Positions 39,301-47,752 of a stretch of 60,328 nucleotides of DNA are shown here, piece after piece. The stretch is from the NCBI GenBank assembly GCA_027622665.1, contig JAQBYT010000022.1:1-60328 (forward strand), written 5' to 3'. Within the stretch, counting starts at the first letter, position 1. The number at the start of each line of letters is the position of its first letter. Origin of the DNA: Verrucomicrobiota bacterium. GTDB lineage: Bacteria; Verrucomicrobiota; Verrucomicrobiia; Opitutales; Seribacteraceae. The position numbers and the translations under genes are program-made. The notes below the pieces were generated by a model. That model ran no database searches. It was not told the DNA's origin and was given only the letters and a program-made list of their open reading frames with translations.

Positions 39301-40202
39301 TGGACAACCTCAGGAACGGTATCGAGAAAGCCGCCGAGAGCGTACTCGGCAACGAGGTCGAGGCCTTGAAGTTCGCGGAGCGCGAATTGCGCGAATTGGA
39401 GGAGGCCCTGCAAAACGAAAAGGCCGAGGCAACCGGGCCACAAGACGGTCAAGCCGAACCGAGCGATTCAAGTCAGGAAGGCCGGGAACCCGGCAAGGAG
39501 GAACAGGTGGCCGGAAAGGGAAACCCAGGCCAAGGTGGCCAACCGAATCCCGAGTCCCAGCCGGAAAAGAAAGGGGTGGAGGGCAGTCCCCAAGGAAACC
39601 CAAGCGAGCAAGCCGAGGGTGAAGGTGAAGGCGATCAGGAACAGGCTCGGCAGCCAGGCAACCAACCCGGAGAACAACCCGGACAGGAGGGCCAGTCCGG
39701 GCAAAAGGCTACCAACCAACCGGGGCAAGGAGGGCAACAGCCGGGAGAGGGAGATCAGCAACCGGGAGAGCAACCTGGGCAACAAGCAGGTAATCAACCT
39801 GGACAGCAACCCGGGCAGTTGTCATTTCTAGAGAAAGGCTTTGGCCCCAATGGTGGGGGTAGCAACCCCATCACCGGCGGAAAGAATCGAGAATGGACGG
39901 ATCGTTTGCGGGACGTGGAGGAGGCGGTCGGCATTTCCGAGGTTCGCGAGCGAGTGAGCCAAGTGCGCGAAGATATCCGCAAGATGTCCAGAGAGTTTCG
40001 CCGACACAGCAAGGAACCGGAATGGGATCTGGTGGATGCGGATATTCTCAAGCCTCTCAATGAGATTCGTAGGCAATTGGCGGAGGAATTGGCCAAGCTC
40101 AAGTCGGACAAGGCCCTCGTCCCGATCGACCGCGATCCCGTTCCCGACAAGTTCGATGAGCTTGTGCGGCGTTATTACGAGCGACTGGGCAAGGGGAAAT
40201 AG
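36390..40202 (+). CDS. DUF4175-like large membrane-anchored coiled-coil protein
   Basis: N-terminal TMs, YPAYTG Ig-like region, long coiled coils and C-terminal DPVP.KF.ELVRRYYERL. The start ATG overlaps the upstream stop. Confidence 0.8.
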   Translation: MTRLRPYLKPVVQRQYLWRKWRMMAVWWGLMAAVACLVVGLSASGALLPDHTVGWIVFILITGTIGALLVNRRQSEVDYRQVARDIEEKHPELHAALLTAVEQKPDPKTGKFHFLQERVIDKAADAFVETGFAKTVPTKELSVLRSCSWVFLMIFCIVLSQVDQPTLSGLSAAQAKEEAKPVGDKLARLDKVDPGDAEVERGSPLAVLAHFSEGFPGKAALVVTPRDGEVRRLMLVKNLEDPIYGATLPSVDGPFAYQVEYDGQRSEVFSVNVFEYPELERADATLSYPAYTGIPERTVEDTRRLSVVEGTRLTYRFHLNKPVAAARLVGENNESVELDAHPEQPLAELPPLILTKTMKWKLELVDAAGRTNKISPRIEVVVYPNKGPKIRIVSPGGDQQVSPLEEITFTAEIEDDFGLLRHGLSYNLDGGAVEEFELGEVASGQLKSLASHLLALEEMKVEAGQLVSWFFWAEDTGPDGKPRRSFSDMFFAEVRPFEEIFRQGQGGESSEEEKEQQQGLSQQVEKRIKLQKQIINATWKLHRRPSGLEQDAPVLVESQYQAFQQTTELLEEAESEKAKDFLQDAADHMEKAVAHLTESTEDVEKLMPALASEQGAYQALLRLLAHEFEVNRSQSKSQSKPQPRSERSQSQLDELDLREQEDRYETESQAQRLQNAEEREQLQVLSRLKELAQRQDDLNKKLKEVENALRAAEDPLTEEDLRRELKHLREEQRRNIADLDELNQRMEKPENRSEMAQERRQVEQTRQEMNKASEQLQKGQLSQAIASGTRAQKDLQEMRDELREKTSNQFAEQMRDMRREARELSQRQQEIGEQLAKVDKGKEKRRSLTDDAPDDKKEIAEQFDQQKEKLEGLLEEVKEVVEKSELSEPLLNRKLHQSFRQAHQDQTKKSLDAASTLLREEEDALRDYSFLRSLEEVMENEPEKQELVDRLREGDFRKASKTLGDRSQRKLDNLRNGIEKAAESVLGNEVEALKFAERELRELEEALQNEKAEATGPQDGQAEPSDSSQEGREPGKEEQVAGKGNPGQGGQPNPESQPEKKGVEGSPQGNPSEQAEGEGEGDQEQARQPGNQPGEQPGQEGQSGQKATNQPGQGGQQPGEGDQQPGEQPGQQAGNQPGQQPGQLSFLEKGFGPNGGGSNPITGGKNREWTDRLRDVEEAVGISEVRERVSQVREDIRKMSREFRRHSKEPEWDLVDADILKPLNEIRRQLAEELAKLKSDKALVPIDRDPVPDKFDELVRRYYERLGKGK
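39520..39820 (+). repeat. Gln/Pro/Gly-rich coding tandem repeats (QPGEQPGQ)
   Basis: Repeated caacc(c/g/t)gg units in the DUF4175-like gene. Confidence 0.7.
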
Positions 40203-40237
40203 GTGGTTGTCGCCCCCCTGTTCTTCGAAATCACCCC

Positions 40238-42562
40238 ATGAACGAATCCTTCTACCTTTCCGGAAAAGAATGGCTGTTTCCCGTGGTCCTTGCTTTGGTC
40301 GTTGCCGTTGGCTTCGTCCTGTGGGCCTATCACAAGGCCCCGACGGATCGTAAAACCCGGAGGATTTGCATTGGGCTGAAGATTCTCGGGATCGTTCTCT
40401 TGTTGCTCTGCTTGGTCGATCCGATGGTGACCGAGGAAAGGGCCAAGCCCGGAGGCAATTTGCTCGCCTTGGTTGCCGACACCAGCGAGGGGCTTAACCT
40501 TACCGATGCCGGAGCATCCCGGTCCCGGGCCGCAATCTTGCAGGCCGCCCTTGAGCCAAAAAGTGAGAACTGGCAGGCCAAGCTGGCCAATGATTTCGAG
40601 CTCAAGCGGTATCGGTTCGACACTCGTCTCGCCAATCTGGCGAATTTCGAAGACCTGAAGTTCGCGGGTGCCGCCTCCCGCTTGGGCGAGTCCCTCCGCA
40701 CATTGGGCCGGCGCTTTCGCGGACAGCCACTTGCCGGTGTCGTGGTCTTCACCGACGGTGTGGCTACCGACTTCGAGGCTGGTCTTCCCGACCTTTCCGG
40801 CCTGCCGCCGGTGTATCCCGTAATCATAGGCAATGGAGTTCCCGAACGCGACCTAGCCGTGGGCAAGGTGACCGCCACGCAAACCGCTTTCGAGGATGCC
40901 CCCGTGACAATAGTGGGGCAGGTTGAAGCACATGGCCACGAGGGGGAGGAAATCACTGCAAAGCTCGAGTTGCTTGAAGCCAATGGCACGTCCGCGTCCC
41001 AAACCCTGACCGCCAATGAGTCCGACGCCAGCCTGACCTTCCGTTTTCAAATCCGTCCCGCAGTTCCCGGAATCCTATTTTATCGTTTTACCGCAAGTGC
41101 CTCGGGCAAGGCGGACGAAGCGACGCAGGCAAATAATTCGCGCGTGATCGTTGTGGATCGTGGCGCCGGTCCTTATCGCGTGCTCTACGTGTCGGGTCGG
41201 GCAAACTGGGAATTCAAGTTCCTCAAGCGGGCTCTGGACGAGGATGAGGAGATCGCCCTCGTGGGGCTTATACGTATCGCCAAGAAGGAACCGAAGTTCA
41301 CTTTCAAGGGCCGCACCGGCGAAAGCAGCAATCCTCTCTTTCGCGGCTTCAAGAACGAGAACCAGGATGCCGAGGAGTACGACAAGCCCGTCTTGATCCG
41401 CCTGAACACGCGTGATGCCGACGAATTGAAAACCGGGTTTCCCGCCACCCCCGAGGAACTTTTTGCCTACAATGCCGTGATCATCGACGACCTCGAGGCC
41501 GGGTTCTTCACCTCTCGGCAGCATTCGCTGGTTCAAGAGTTCGTCAACCGTCGCGGTGGCGGCTTGCTCATGCTCGGCGGACAGGAATCCTTTCGGCAGG
41601 GCAAGTACGAGCGCACACCCATCGGTGGCATGCTCCCGGTCTATCTCGATCTACAAGGAAAGGTTCGGGCGCTCGACAACCTCAGCATCGATCTTACCCG
41701 CGACGGATGGCTTCAACCTTGGATGCGTCTGCGGGACAAGGAGGAAGCCGAGAAGAAGCGTCTTGGCGAAATGACAACCTTTTCCTCTCTCAATCAAGTG
41801 CGCGGCAACAAGCCGGGCGCCAGCGTCATGGCCACCGTCGAGGCAAAGGGTGGGGGAGGGTCTCATCCCGCCATCGTGACCCACAAGTTTGGCCGTGGTC
41901 GGGTCGCCGCCATGCTCCTCGGGGACTTTTGGAAGTGGGGTCTTGGGAAGCCTGAGAATCATGAGGATATGGACCAAGCGTGGCGACAAATGATTCGCTG
42001 GCTCGTGGCCGACGTGCCGGCGACCATCCAGTTAACCGTTGAGAAATCCCCGAATGCGGTCGGCCGGGAGCTGGTCGTGACTGCTCGCGACAAGCAGTTC
42101 CAACTTCTCGAGAATGCCGAAGTTACCTTGAATGTACGAAGCATGGGGGCCTCCGACGTCATCCCGCTCACTGCCGAGACGGATGAGGAGAATGCGGGCG
42201 TATATGCCACCCAATTCGTACCACGGGCCACCGGGGGATATTTGGCCGAGACGGAGGTGCGCGACCCAAAGGGTAATCTCATGGGCATTCGCCAAGCGGG
42301 CTGGTCAACAGATTTTGCCGCCGCCGAATATCGTTCCCTCGCCCCAAATCGCGCCCTCCTTGAAGAACTGGCCGATAAAACAGGTGGTCGCACCCTCACT
42401 CTTTCCGAACTCGATGACTTTGTTGAGATGCTTCCTTCGCTTCGGGCACCCGTGACCGAGACGCTGCACTCCCCCGTTTGGCATCAAACTCCGTTTTTCA
42501 TGTTGGCTCTCTCCTGCTTTGTGGCGGAGTGGTTCCTGCGCCGAAGAAAGGGCCTGCCCTGA
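40238..42562 (+). CDS. vWA-like + class I glutamine amidotransferase-like membrane protein
   Basis: Motifs VVFTDG, RVLYVSGR.NWEFKFL, GGGLLMLGG.ESF, GRGRVAA and C-terminal EWFLRRRKGL. Confidence 0.82.
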   Translation: MNESFYLSGKEWLFPVVLALVVAVGFVLWAYHKAPTDRKTRRICIGLKILGIVLLLLCLVDPMVTEERAKPGGNLLALVADTSEGLNLTDAGASRSRAAILQAALEPKSENWQAKLANDFELKRYRFDTRLANLANFEDLKFAGAASRLGESLRTLGRRFRGQPLAGVVVFTDGVATDFEAGLPDLSGLPPVYPVIIGNGVPERDLAVGKVTATQTAFEDAPVTIVGQVEAHGHEGEEITAKLELLEANGTSASQTLTANESDASLTFRFQIRPAVPGILFYRFTASASGKADEATQANNSRVIVVDRGAGPYRVLYVSGRANWEFKFLKRALDEDEEIALVGLIRIAKKEPKFTFKGRTGESSNPLFRGFKNENQDAEEYDKPVLIRLNTRDADELKTGFPATPEELFAYNAVIIDDLEAGFFTSRQHSLVQEFVNRRGGGLLMLGGQESFRQGKYERTPIGGMLPVYLDLQGKVRALDNLSIDLTRDGWLQPWMRLRDKEEAEKKRLGEMTTFSSLNQVRGNKPGASVMATVEAKGGGGSHPAIVTHKFGRGRVAAMLLGDFWKWGLGKPENHEDMDQAWRQMIRWLVADVPATIQLTVEKSPNAVGRELVVTARDKQFQLLENAEVTLNVRSMGASDVIPLTAETDEENAGVYATQFVPRATGGYLAETEVRDPKGNLMGIRQAGWSTDFAAAEYRSLAPNRALLEELADKTGGRTLTLSELDDFVEMLPSLRAPVTETLHSPVWHQTPFFMLALSCFVAEWFLRRRKGLP

Positions 42563-43509
42563 TGCGCGTTTCGCTCATCTTGCTATCCTTCATCGTCGGT
42601 TTTCTCGGGGCTGCAGAGAAGCCCTCAGTCATCGTCGTTACGGGAGCCCCCGGCACGGAGGAGTACGGCCAAGATTTCGTCAAGTGGGCGGACCAATGGA
42701 AGGCGGCTTCCAAGAAAGCCAAGGCCACCTTCCGCCATGTGGGCAAGGCGAAGAAAGGTGATCCCAGGGATGACTTGCGCAAGATTCTCGCCAAGGAATC
42801 GAGAAAAAGCCCGCAACCCCTTTGGATCGTGCTGCTGGGGCACGGCACCTATGCCGGCAAGCAAGCGAAATTCAACCTCAACGGACCGGACCTCGAGGCC
42901 GGCGAACTGGCCGAGTGGTTGAAGGATTTCGAACGGCCTTTGGTCATTGTCAATTGCTCCTCCTCCAGTGCACCGTTCCTCAACGCTCTCCGTGCCAAGG
43001 GGCGCGTGGTGATTACTGCAACCCGCAGCGGGGTGGAGCGAAACTACTGTCGCCTCGGTGGTTTCTTGGCCACCGCCATCGGCGATTCCACCGCCGACCT
43101 CGACAAGGACGGTCAGACCTCCCTCCTCGAGGCCTGGCTCATTGCGGCCCAACGGACGGCGTCTTTTTACGAGGAAGATGGACGTCTCGCCACCGAGCAT
43201 TCCCTGCTCGACGACAATGGCGACGGCAAAGGCACCCAGGCAGACTGGTTCCGCGGCTTGCAGGTGACCGAGAAAAGCGCAGAGGAAGGCCTCTTGCCCG
43301 ATGGGCTGCGGGCCCATCAGTTTCATTTGATCCCGAGTGAAAATGAACGCAAGCTTACTGCCGAGCAAAGGGCCGAGCGCGATGCCCTCGAGCTAGAACT
43401 AGCCCGCCACCGCTCCCGCAAAACAAACCTCAGGGACGAGGAATACTACGAACGCCTAGAAGAAATCCTCCGCGAAATGAGCCGCATCTATTTCCCGGAC
43501 AAACAGTAA
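42562..43509 (+). CDS. Conserved secreted hypothetical protein (caspase/legumain-like fold possible)
   Basis: Signal peptide; LLGHGT, ADLDKDGQTSLLEA and TEHSLLDDNGDG; coupled to the operon. Confidence 0.7.
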   Translation: MRVSLILLSFIVGFLGAAEKPSVIVVTGAPGTEEYGQDFVKWADQWKAASKKAKATFRHVGKAKKGDPRDDLRKILAKESRKSPQPLWIVLLGHGTYAGKQAKFNLNGPDLEAGELAEWLKDFERPLVIVNCSSSSAPFLNALRAKGRVVITATRSGVERNYCRLGGFLATAIGDSTADLDKDGQTSLLEAWLIAAQRTASFYEEDGRLATEHSLLDDNGDGKGTQADWFRGLQVTEKSAEEGLLPDGLRAHQFHLIPSENERKLTAEQRAERDALELELARHRSRKTNLRDEEYYERLEEILREMSRIYFPDKQ

Positions 43510-43723
43510 AGACCGAGCAAATAGTGAATGCCCGCAGCGAGTTCCCTTCATCACATTAGAGAATGAATAATCACAAAATCAGACTCGTTAGATAGGAAGG
43601 GTAGTGGAAATCTATATCAGCAGGTTGGACATCTGTCTCCTGTCCTCCCTCAAAGGTAACAAGCATCGTTAACTAGAAGCTCAAGCAAGAGCACGGGACG
43701 GATTATGATCTTATGCCGCAGAA

Positions 43724-43810
43724 TGGTACCCGGAGAGGGGGTCGAACCCTCACTCCCTTGCGGGAACTGGATTTTGAATCCAGCGCGTCTACCAATTCCG
43801 CCATCCGGGC
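43724..43810 (-). tRNA. tRNA-Leu (CAA)
   Basis: GCCCGGATGGCGGAATTGGTAGACGCG-CTGGA TTCAAAA TCCAG-...GGTTCGACCCC...GGGTACCA; long variable arm and encoded CCA. Confidence 0.95.
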
Positions 43811-44057
43811 AAAGTGTTGATCGGCAGCATTATGCGAATGCTGTCAATGCATCTCTTTAATAGTAGAATTCTCTTTCTTTATCTACTTTGTGACTACCAT
43901 TCAAACAAAAACAATTAGGAACTAGCACATTAACGGAAAATATATTGAAGATTTTGTGATGTCAGTTCCAACCGTTACCCTTAGCGGGTTCTTTTTTGTT
44001 CTCTAAAGCTTTTGCCCTGATCCGAGTAGTTCGGCATCGATTGCCGAGCGGAAAGAG

Positions 44058-45254
44058 TTAAAACCTTTCCTCTAGCTTTTCGACGATGTGCTTGCCGATG
44101 TTGAGGGATGCGGTGGCGGCCGGAGACGGGGCGTTGCAGACGTTCACGATTCGATCCGTTTCCTGAATGAGAAAGTCGTCGACGAGTCCGCCGTCGGGTG
44201 TCACCGCTTGGGCCCGAATTCCCGCAGGAACGGATTTAAGATGCTCGGCGTTGATCTCGGGTATGAGTCGCCGCAGAGCCTTGACGAATGCTCCCTTGTT
44301 GTAAGAGCGCCACATTTCGCCGAGGCCCATCTTCCAATGTTTCCATGCCATTTTTTGGAAGCCACGGTAGAACAGGGATTCGAGGAGGTCTCGCAGGTTG
44401 AGGTCGAGCTTGCCATAGGCTTCGCGACCAAAGGCTAGAACGGCGTTGGGTCCGCATTCGACGGAGTTGTCGATCATCCGGGTGAAGTGCACACCGAGAA
44501 AGGGAAACTGAGGGTCGGGCACCGGGTAGATGAGGTTGCGGCAGAGGTGGCTGGCTTCCTCCTTTAACTCGTAGTATTCGCCCTTGAAGGGAATGATCTT
44601 GGCGGGTGGGGTTTCTCCGCCCAAGGAGGTCACCCGGTCGGAGTGAAGGCCCGTGCAATTGACGATGAATGCGGTTTCGATTTCTCCTTGTGTCGAATGG
44701 ACGACCTGGCCGTCCGTTGTTTTGCTGATCCGGGTAACCTTGGCATCGTTGATGACTTGGTTGCCGTCTTTTTCATCGACGCGACGGGCTAACCGTTCGC
44801 ATACCTGTCGATAATTCACGATTCCGCACTCGGGCACGTGAATGGCTGCGACGCCGGCGGAGTGGGGTTCGAGCTCCGCGAGTCGTTCCTTCGAGATTAG
44901 TTCACAGCTAATTCCGTTGGCTTGTCCACGTTCGTAGATCTTTTGCATGCGGGGAACTTCCTCGTCGTCGAGGGCCACGATTACCTTCCCGCAGATGTCG
45001 TGGTCGATGTCTTCCTTTTGGCAGAAGTTCTCCATGGCGACTTTTCCTGCGCGGCAGTTGATTGCCTTGAGGGAACCCGGTTTGTAGTAAATGCCGGAGT
45101 GCAGCACCCCCGAGTTGTGACCCGTTTGGTGCTCGGCTACGCGGGCCTCTTTTTCCAAGACGATGACTCGTTTGTCGGGGTGGCTTTCGGTGAGACGGTA
45201 AGCCGTGGCTAGGCCAACGATCCCACCGCCGATTATGCAGACGTCGGACTTCAC
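44058..45254 (-). CDS. lhgO: L-2-hydroxyglutarate oxidase family FAD oxidoreductase
   Basis: Motifs IIGGGIVG, HQTGHNSGVLHSGIYY.PGSLKA, YPVPDP.FPFLGVH and NAPSPAATAS. GTG start at 45254. Confidence 0.88.
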   Translation of the reverse strand: MKSDVCIIGGGIVGLATAYRLTESHPDKRVIVLEKEARVAEHQTGHNSGVLHSGIYYKPGSLKAINCRAGKVAMENFCQKEDIDHDICGKVIVALDDEEVPRMQKIYERGQANGISCELISKERLAELEPHSAGVAAIHVPECGIVNYRQVCERLARRVDEKDGNQVINDAKVTRISKTTDGQVVHSTQGEIETAFIVNCTGLHSDRVTSLGGETPPAKIIPFKGEYYELKEEASHLCRNLIYPVPDPQFPFLGVHFTRMIDNSVECGPNAVLAFGREAYGKLDLNLRDLLESLFYRGFQKMAWKHWKMGLGEMWRSYNKGAFVKALRRLIPEINAEHLKSVPAGIRAQAVTPDGGLVDDFLIQETDRIVNVCNAPSPAATASLNIGKHIVEKLEERF

Positions 45255-45262
45255 TAATGATT

Positions 45263-46057
45263 TCAGTCGAGTTTGATTTTTCCGTAGGCGCGATCGAAGT
45301 GAACGTAACCGCCATCGGGATGAAATATTTGGCCCGTAGTGTGTGACGAGCGAGCGGAAGCCAGAAAGACTACCGCATCCGCGATTTCCGCGTCCGTGGT
45401 CATCCGTTTGCCTAGCGGGATGTTTTCTTCTATTGATTCCAACGTTTGATCGGGGTTGTCGAGAGAGTCCAGCCAGCGTCTGTACATGGGGGTCATGACT
45501 TCGGCTGGGATGACGGAGTTGACGCGTACGCCACGTCCGGCGAGATCGAGCGCCCATTCTCGGGTAAGTGCGTTCATGGCTCCTTTGCACGCGGCATAGC
45601 CGGATGTCCCTCCTTGTCCCGTAACGGCTACCTTGGAGCCGATGTTGATTATGTTTCCCTTCGATTCGACAAGCTTGTCCAGGGCGAAGTGGGTGAGGGC
45701 GAAGACATGAAAAAGACTCTTTTGAATGGAGCTCAGGAAATCGCTTGGCGAGGAGTCGAGACCCACCCCGTCGTTCACTCCCGCATTGTGCACGAGCACG
45801 TCGAGACCACCCCCTTTGGCGACGGTTTGCTCGACGGCGTTACGGCATGCCTTTTCGTCGGTGAGTTCGGTGGGAATGCAGAACGCGTTGCCGCCCGAGA
45901 ACTCAATGTCTTGAATCAGATTTTCGGCGACGTCGGGGTTGCGGTCGACGATGGAAACGAGCGCGCCTTCGCCAGCAAAGGAACGAACAATCGCTTCGCC
46001 GATCCCCTTTGCCCCACCCGTGACGAGTACGACCTTGTCTTGTAGTTCCAGATTCAA
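45263..46057 (-). CDS. SDR oxidoreductase, L-fucose dehydrogenase-like
   Basis: Motifs TGGAKGIG, NAGVNDGVGL, GQGGTSGYAACKG, LTREWA and HTTGQ...DGGYVHFDRA. Confidence 0.8.
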   Translation of the reverse strand: MNLELQDKVVLVTGGAKGIGEAIVRSFAGEGALVSIVDRNPDVAENLIQDIEFSGGNAFCIPTELTDEKACRNAVEQTVAKGGGLDVLVHNAGVNDGVGLDSSPSDFLSSIQKSLFHVFALTHFALDKLVESKGNIINIGSKVAVTGQGGTSGYAACKGAMNALTREWALDLAGRGVRVNSVIPAEVMTPMYRRWLDSLDNPDQTLESIEENIPLGKRMTTDAEIADAVVFLASARSSHTTGQIFHPDGGYVHFDRAYGKIKLD

Positions 46058-46908
46058 GACGCGGGGACTGCTGTTTGGCTAGAAGTGCCGAGACCTTCTA
46101 TGCCCAGTTCCACCACGTCGCCGGGTTTCAGGTATTGCGGAGGGTCTAAGCCGAGGCCCACGCCGGGTGGGGTCCCCGTCGAGACCACGTCGCCCGGCAG
46201 GAGAGTCATGAACTGGCTGAGATAACTTATTAGAAAAGGAATCTTGAAGTGAAGATTCGAGGTGTTGCTTTCTTGTTTGTTCTCCCCATTTACCGTGAGC
46301 CACATGCGGAGGTCGTTTACATCCGCGAGTTCGTCGGGCGTGGCGAGGAAGGGTCCCAGGGGAGCAAAGGAATCGCAGCTTTTTCCCTTCACCCATTGGC
46401 CGCAGCGATCCAGTTGAAAGCCTCGTTCACTGTAGTCGTTGTGGAGGGCGTAGCCTGCGAGATGGTCGAGGGCTTGGGCTTCGTCGACGTAGCTTGCCCG
46501 CTTGCCGATGACGAAGGCGAGTTCGACTTCCCAGTCGGTCTTGTCTCCTCCGCGGGGGATTATCAAGTCGTCGTTCGGCCCGCAAAATGCGGAGGAGGCC
46601 TTGAAGAAGATGACCGGTTCGGCGGGCAGATCCATACCGGACTCGGCGGCATGGTCGGCGAAATTCAAGCCTATGCAGACGATCTTGCTCGGGCGACCGA
46701 CGGGTGGGCCGTAGCGCGAGCCTTCGGGGAACGGGGGGGAGGATTCGGCGTGCTCGTCGGCCCATTCCGCGAGGCGTTCGAGACCATCGGTTTCCAGGAA
46801 TATTTCGTCGTAGTCTTCGTCGAATGCGGATACGTCGACCTCGCGACCGTCGGGCAGGATGAGCCCGGGTGATTCTTCTCCCAGTTCCCCTTTTCGGATT
46901 AATTTCAT
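46054..46908 (-). CDS. Fumarylacetoacetate hydrolase family protein (2,4-diketo-3-deoxy-fuconate hydrolase-like)
   Basis: Motifs KIVCIGLN, DWEVELA, NDYSER, WVKGKSCD and TGTPPGVG. Confidence 0.88.
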   Translation of the reverse strand: MKLIRKGELGEESPGLILPDGREVDVSAFDEDYDEIFLETDGLERLAEWADEHAESSPPFPEGSRYGPPVGRPSKIVCIGLNFADHAAESGMDLPAEPVIFFKASSAFCGPNDDLIIPRGGDKTDWEVELAFVIGKRASYVDEAQALDHLAGYALHNDYSERGFQLDRCGQWVKGKSCDSFAPLGPFLATPDELADVNDLRMWLTVNGENKQESNTSNLHFKIPFLISYLSQFMTLLPGDVVSTGTPPGVGLGLDPPQYLKPGDVVELGIEGLGTSSQTAVPAS

Positions 46909-46955
46909 ACTTTGATTGTAGTTGCTTGTGAAGGATTGCTGTTATCGAAAATTGA

Positions 46956-47741
46956 TCAGCGAAGCAGCATCGTGCCACCATCGACGTCGTAGGCGGAACC
47001 AGTGATGAAGGATGCTTCGTCGGAGCAGAGAAAAGTGGCGAGGGCGGCGATTTCCTCGGGTTGTCCCATACGACCGATGGGCTGATACTCGGAAAGTTTT
47101 TGGAACATTTTAGCGCGCTCGTCTTGGTCGGGGTAATATTCTTTCAAGTACCCGTCGACGAAAGGGGTTTGTACTCGACCGGGGCACAAACAATTGCACC
47201 GGATACCCTTGTCGACGTAATCCTTGGCCACGCTTAGGGTCATTGCCAGAACAGCTCCTTTGCTGGCTGAGTAGGCGAACCGTTCGGAAATTCCGAGTCG
47301 CGACGCAATGGACGCGAGGTTGAGCACGACGCCTGACTTTGCCTCGACCATGCCGGGGAGAATGCGATGCAGGCAGTTGTATACGCCCTTGGCGTTTATT
47401 TTGAGAATGCGGTCGAAATCTTCCTCACTCGTTGTTTCCGCCGTGCCTATGTGGGCGATGCCGGCGTTGTTTACCAATATAGAGACTCGCCCGAGTTGTT
47501 CGATCGTCTCCGTGGAGGCGGCTTGAACGCTTGCTTGGTCCGAGACATCGCAGGAAAACATTTGTGCGGTCCCGCCTTCATCGCGAATGGCGGCGACGGT
47601 TTCGTTGCCGGCTTTTTCATCCAGTTCCCAGATTGCGACGGCGGCCCCGCTCGAGGCAAACCTTTTGGCTATGGCTTGGCCGATTCCCTTGCCGCCTCCG
47701 GTCACTACGGCCACTTTTTCTTTGAGAGATATTGAGCTCAT
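46956..47741 (-). CDS. SDR oxidoreductase, 2-keto-3-deoxy-L-fuconate dehydrogenase-like
   Basis: Motifs TGGGKGIG, NNAG, RFAYSASKGAV, GIRCN.LCPGRV.TPFV and QPIGRMG. Confidence 0.8.
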   Translation of the reverse strand: MSSISLKEKVAVVTGGGKGIGQAIAKRFASSGAAVAIWELDEKAGNETVAAIRDEGGTAQMFSCDVSDQASVQAASTETIEQLGRVSILVNNAGIAHIGTAETTSEEDFDRILKINAKGVYNCLHRILPGMVEAKSGVVLNLASIASRLGISERFAYSASKGAVLAMTLSVAKDYVDKGIRCNCLCPGRVQTPFVDGYLKEYYPDQDERAKMFQKLSEYQPIGRMGQPEEIAALATFLCSDEASFITGSAYDVDGGTMLLR

Positions 47742-47752
47742 GTTTTTGAAAT

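Noticed and set aside
43510..44057. tRNA-Leu as the attachment site of an integrated island
   Set aside because: The flanks are AT-rich, but I found no duplicate of the tRNA 3' end and no integrase in the window.
45255..45590. N-terminal extension of the 510-aa lhgO ORF
   Set aside because: It overlaps the upstream SDR in another frame. Homology begins at VKSDVCIIGGG (45254).
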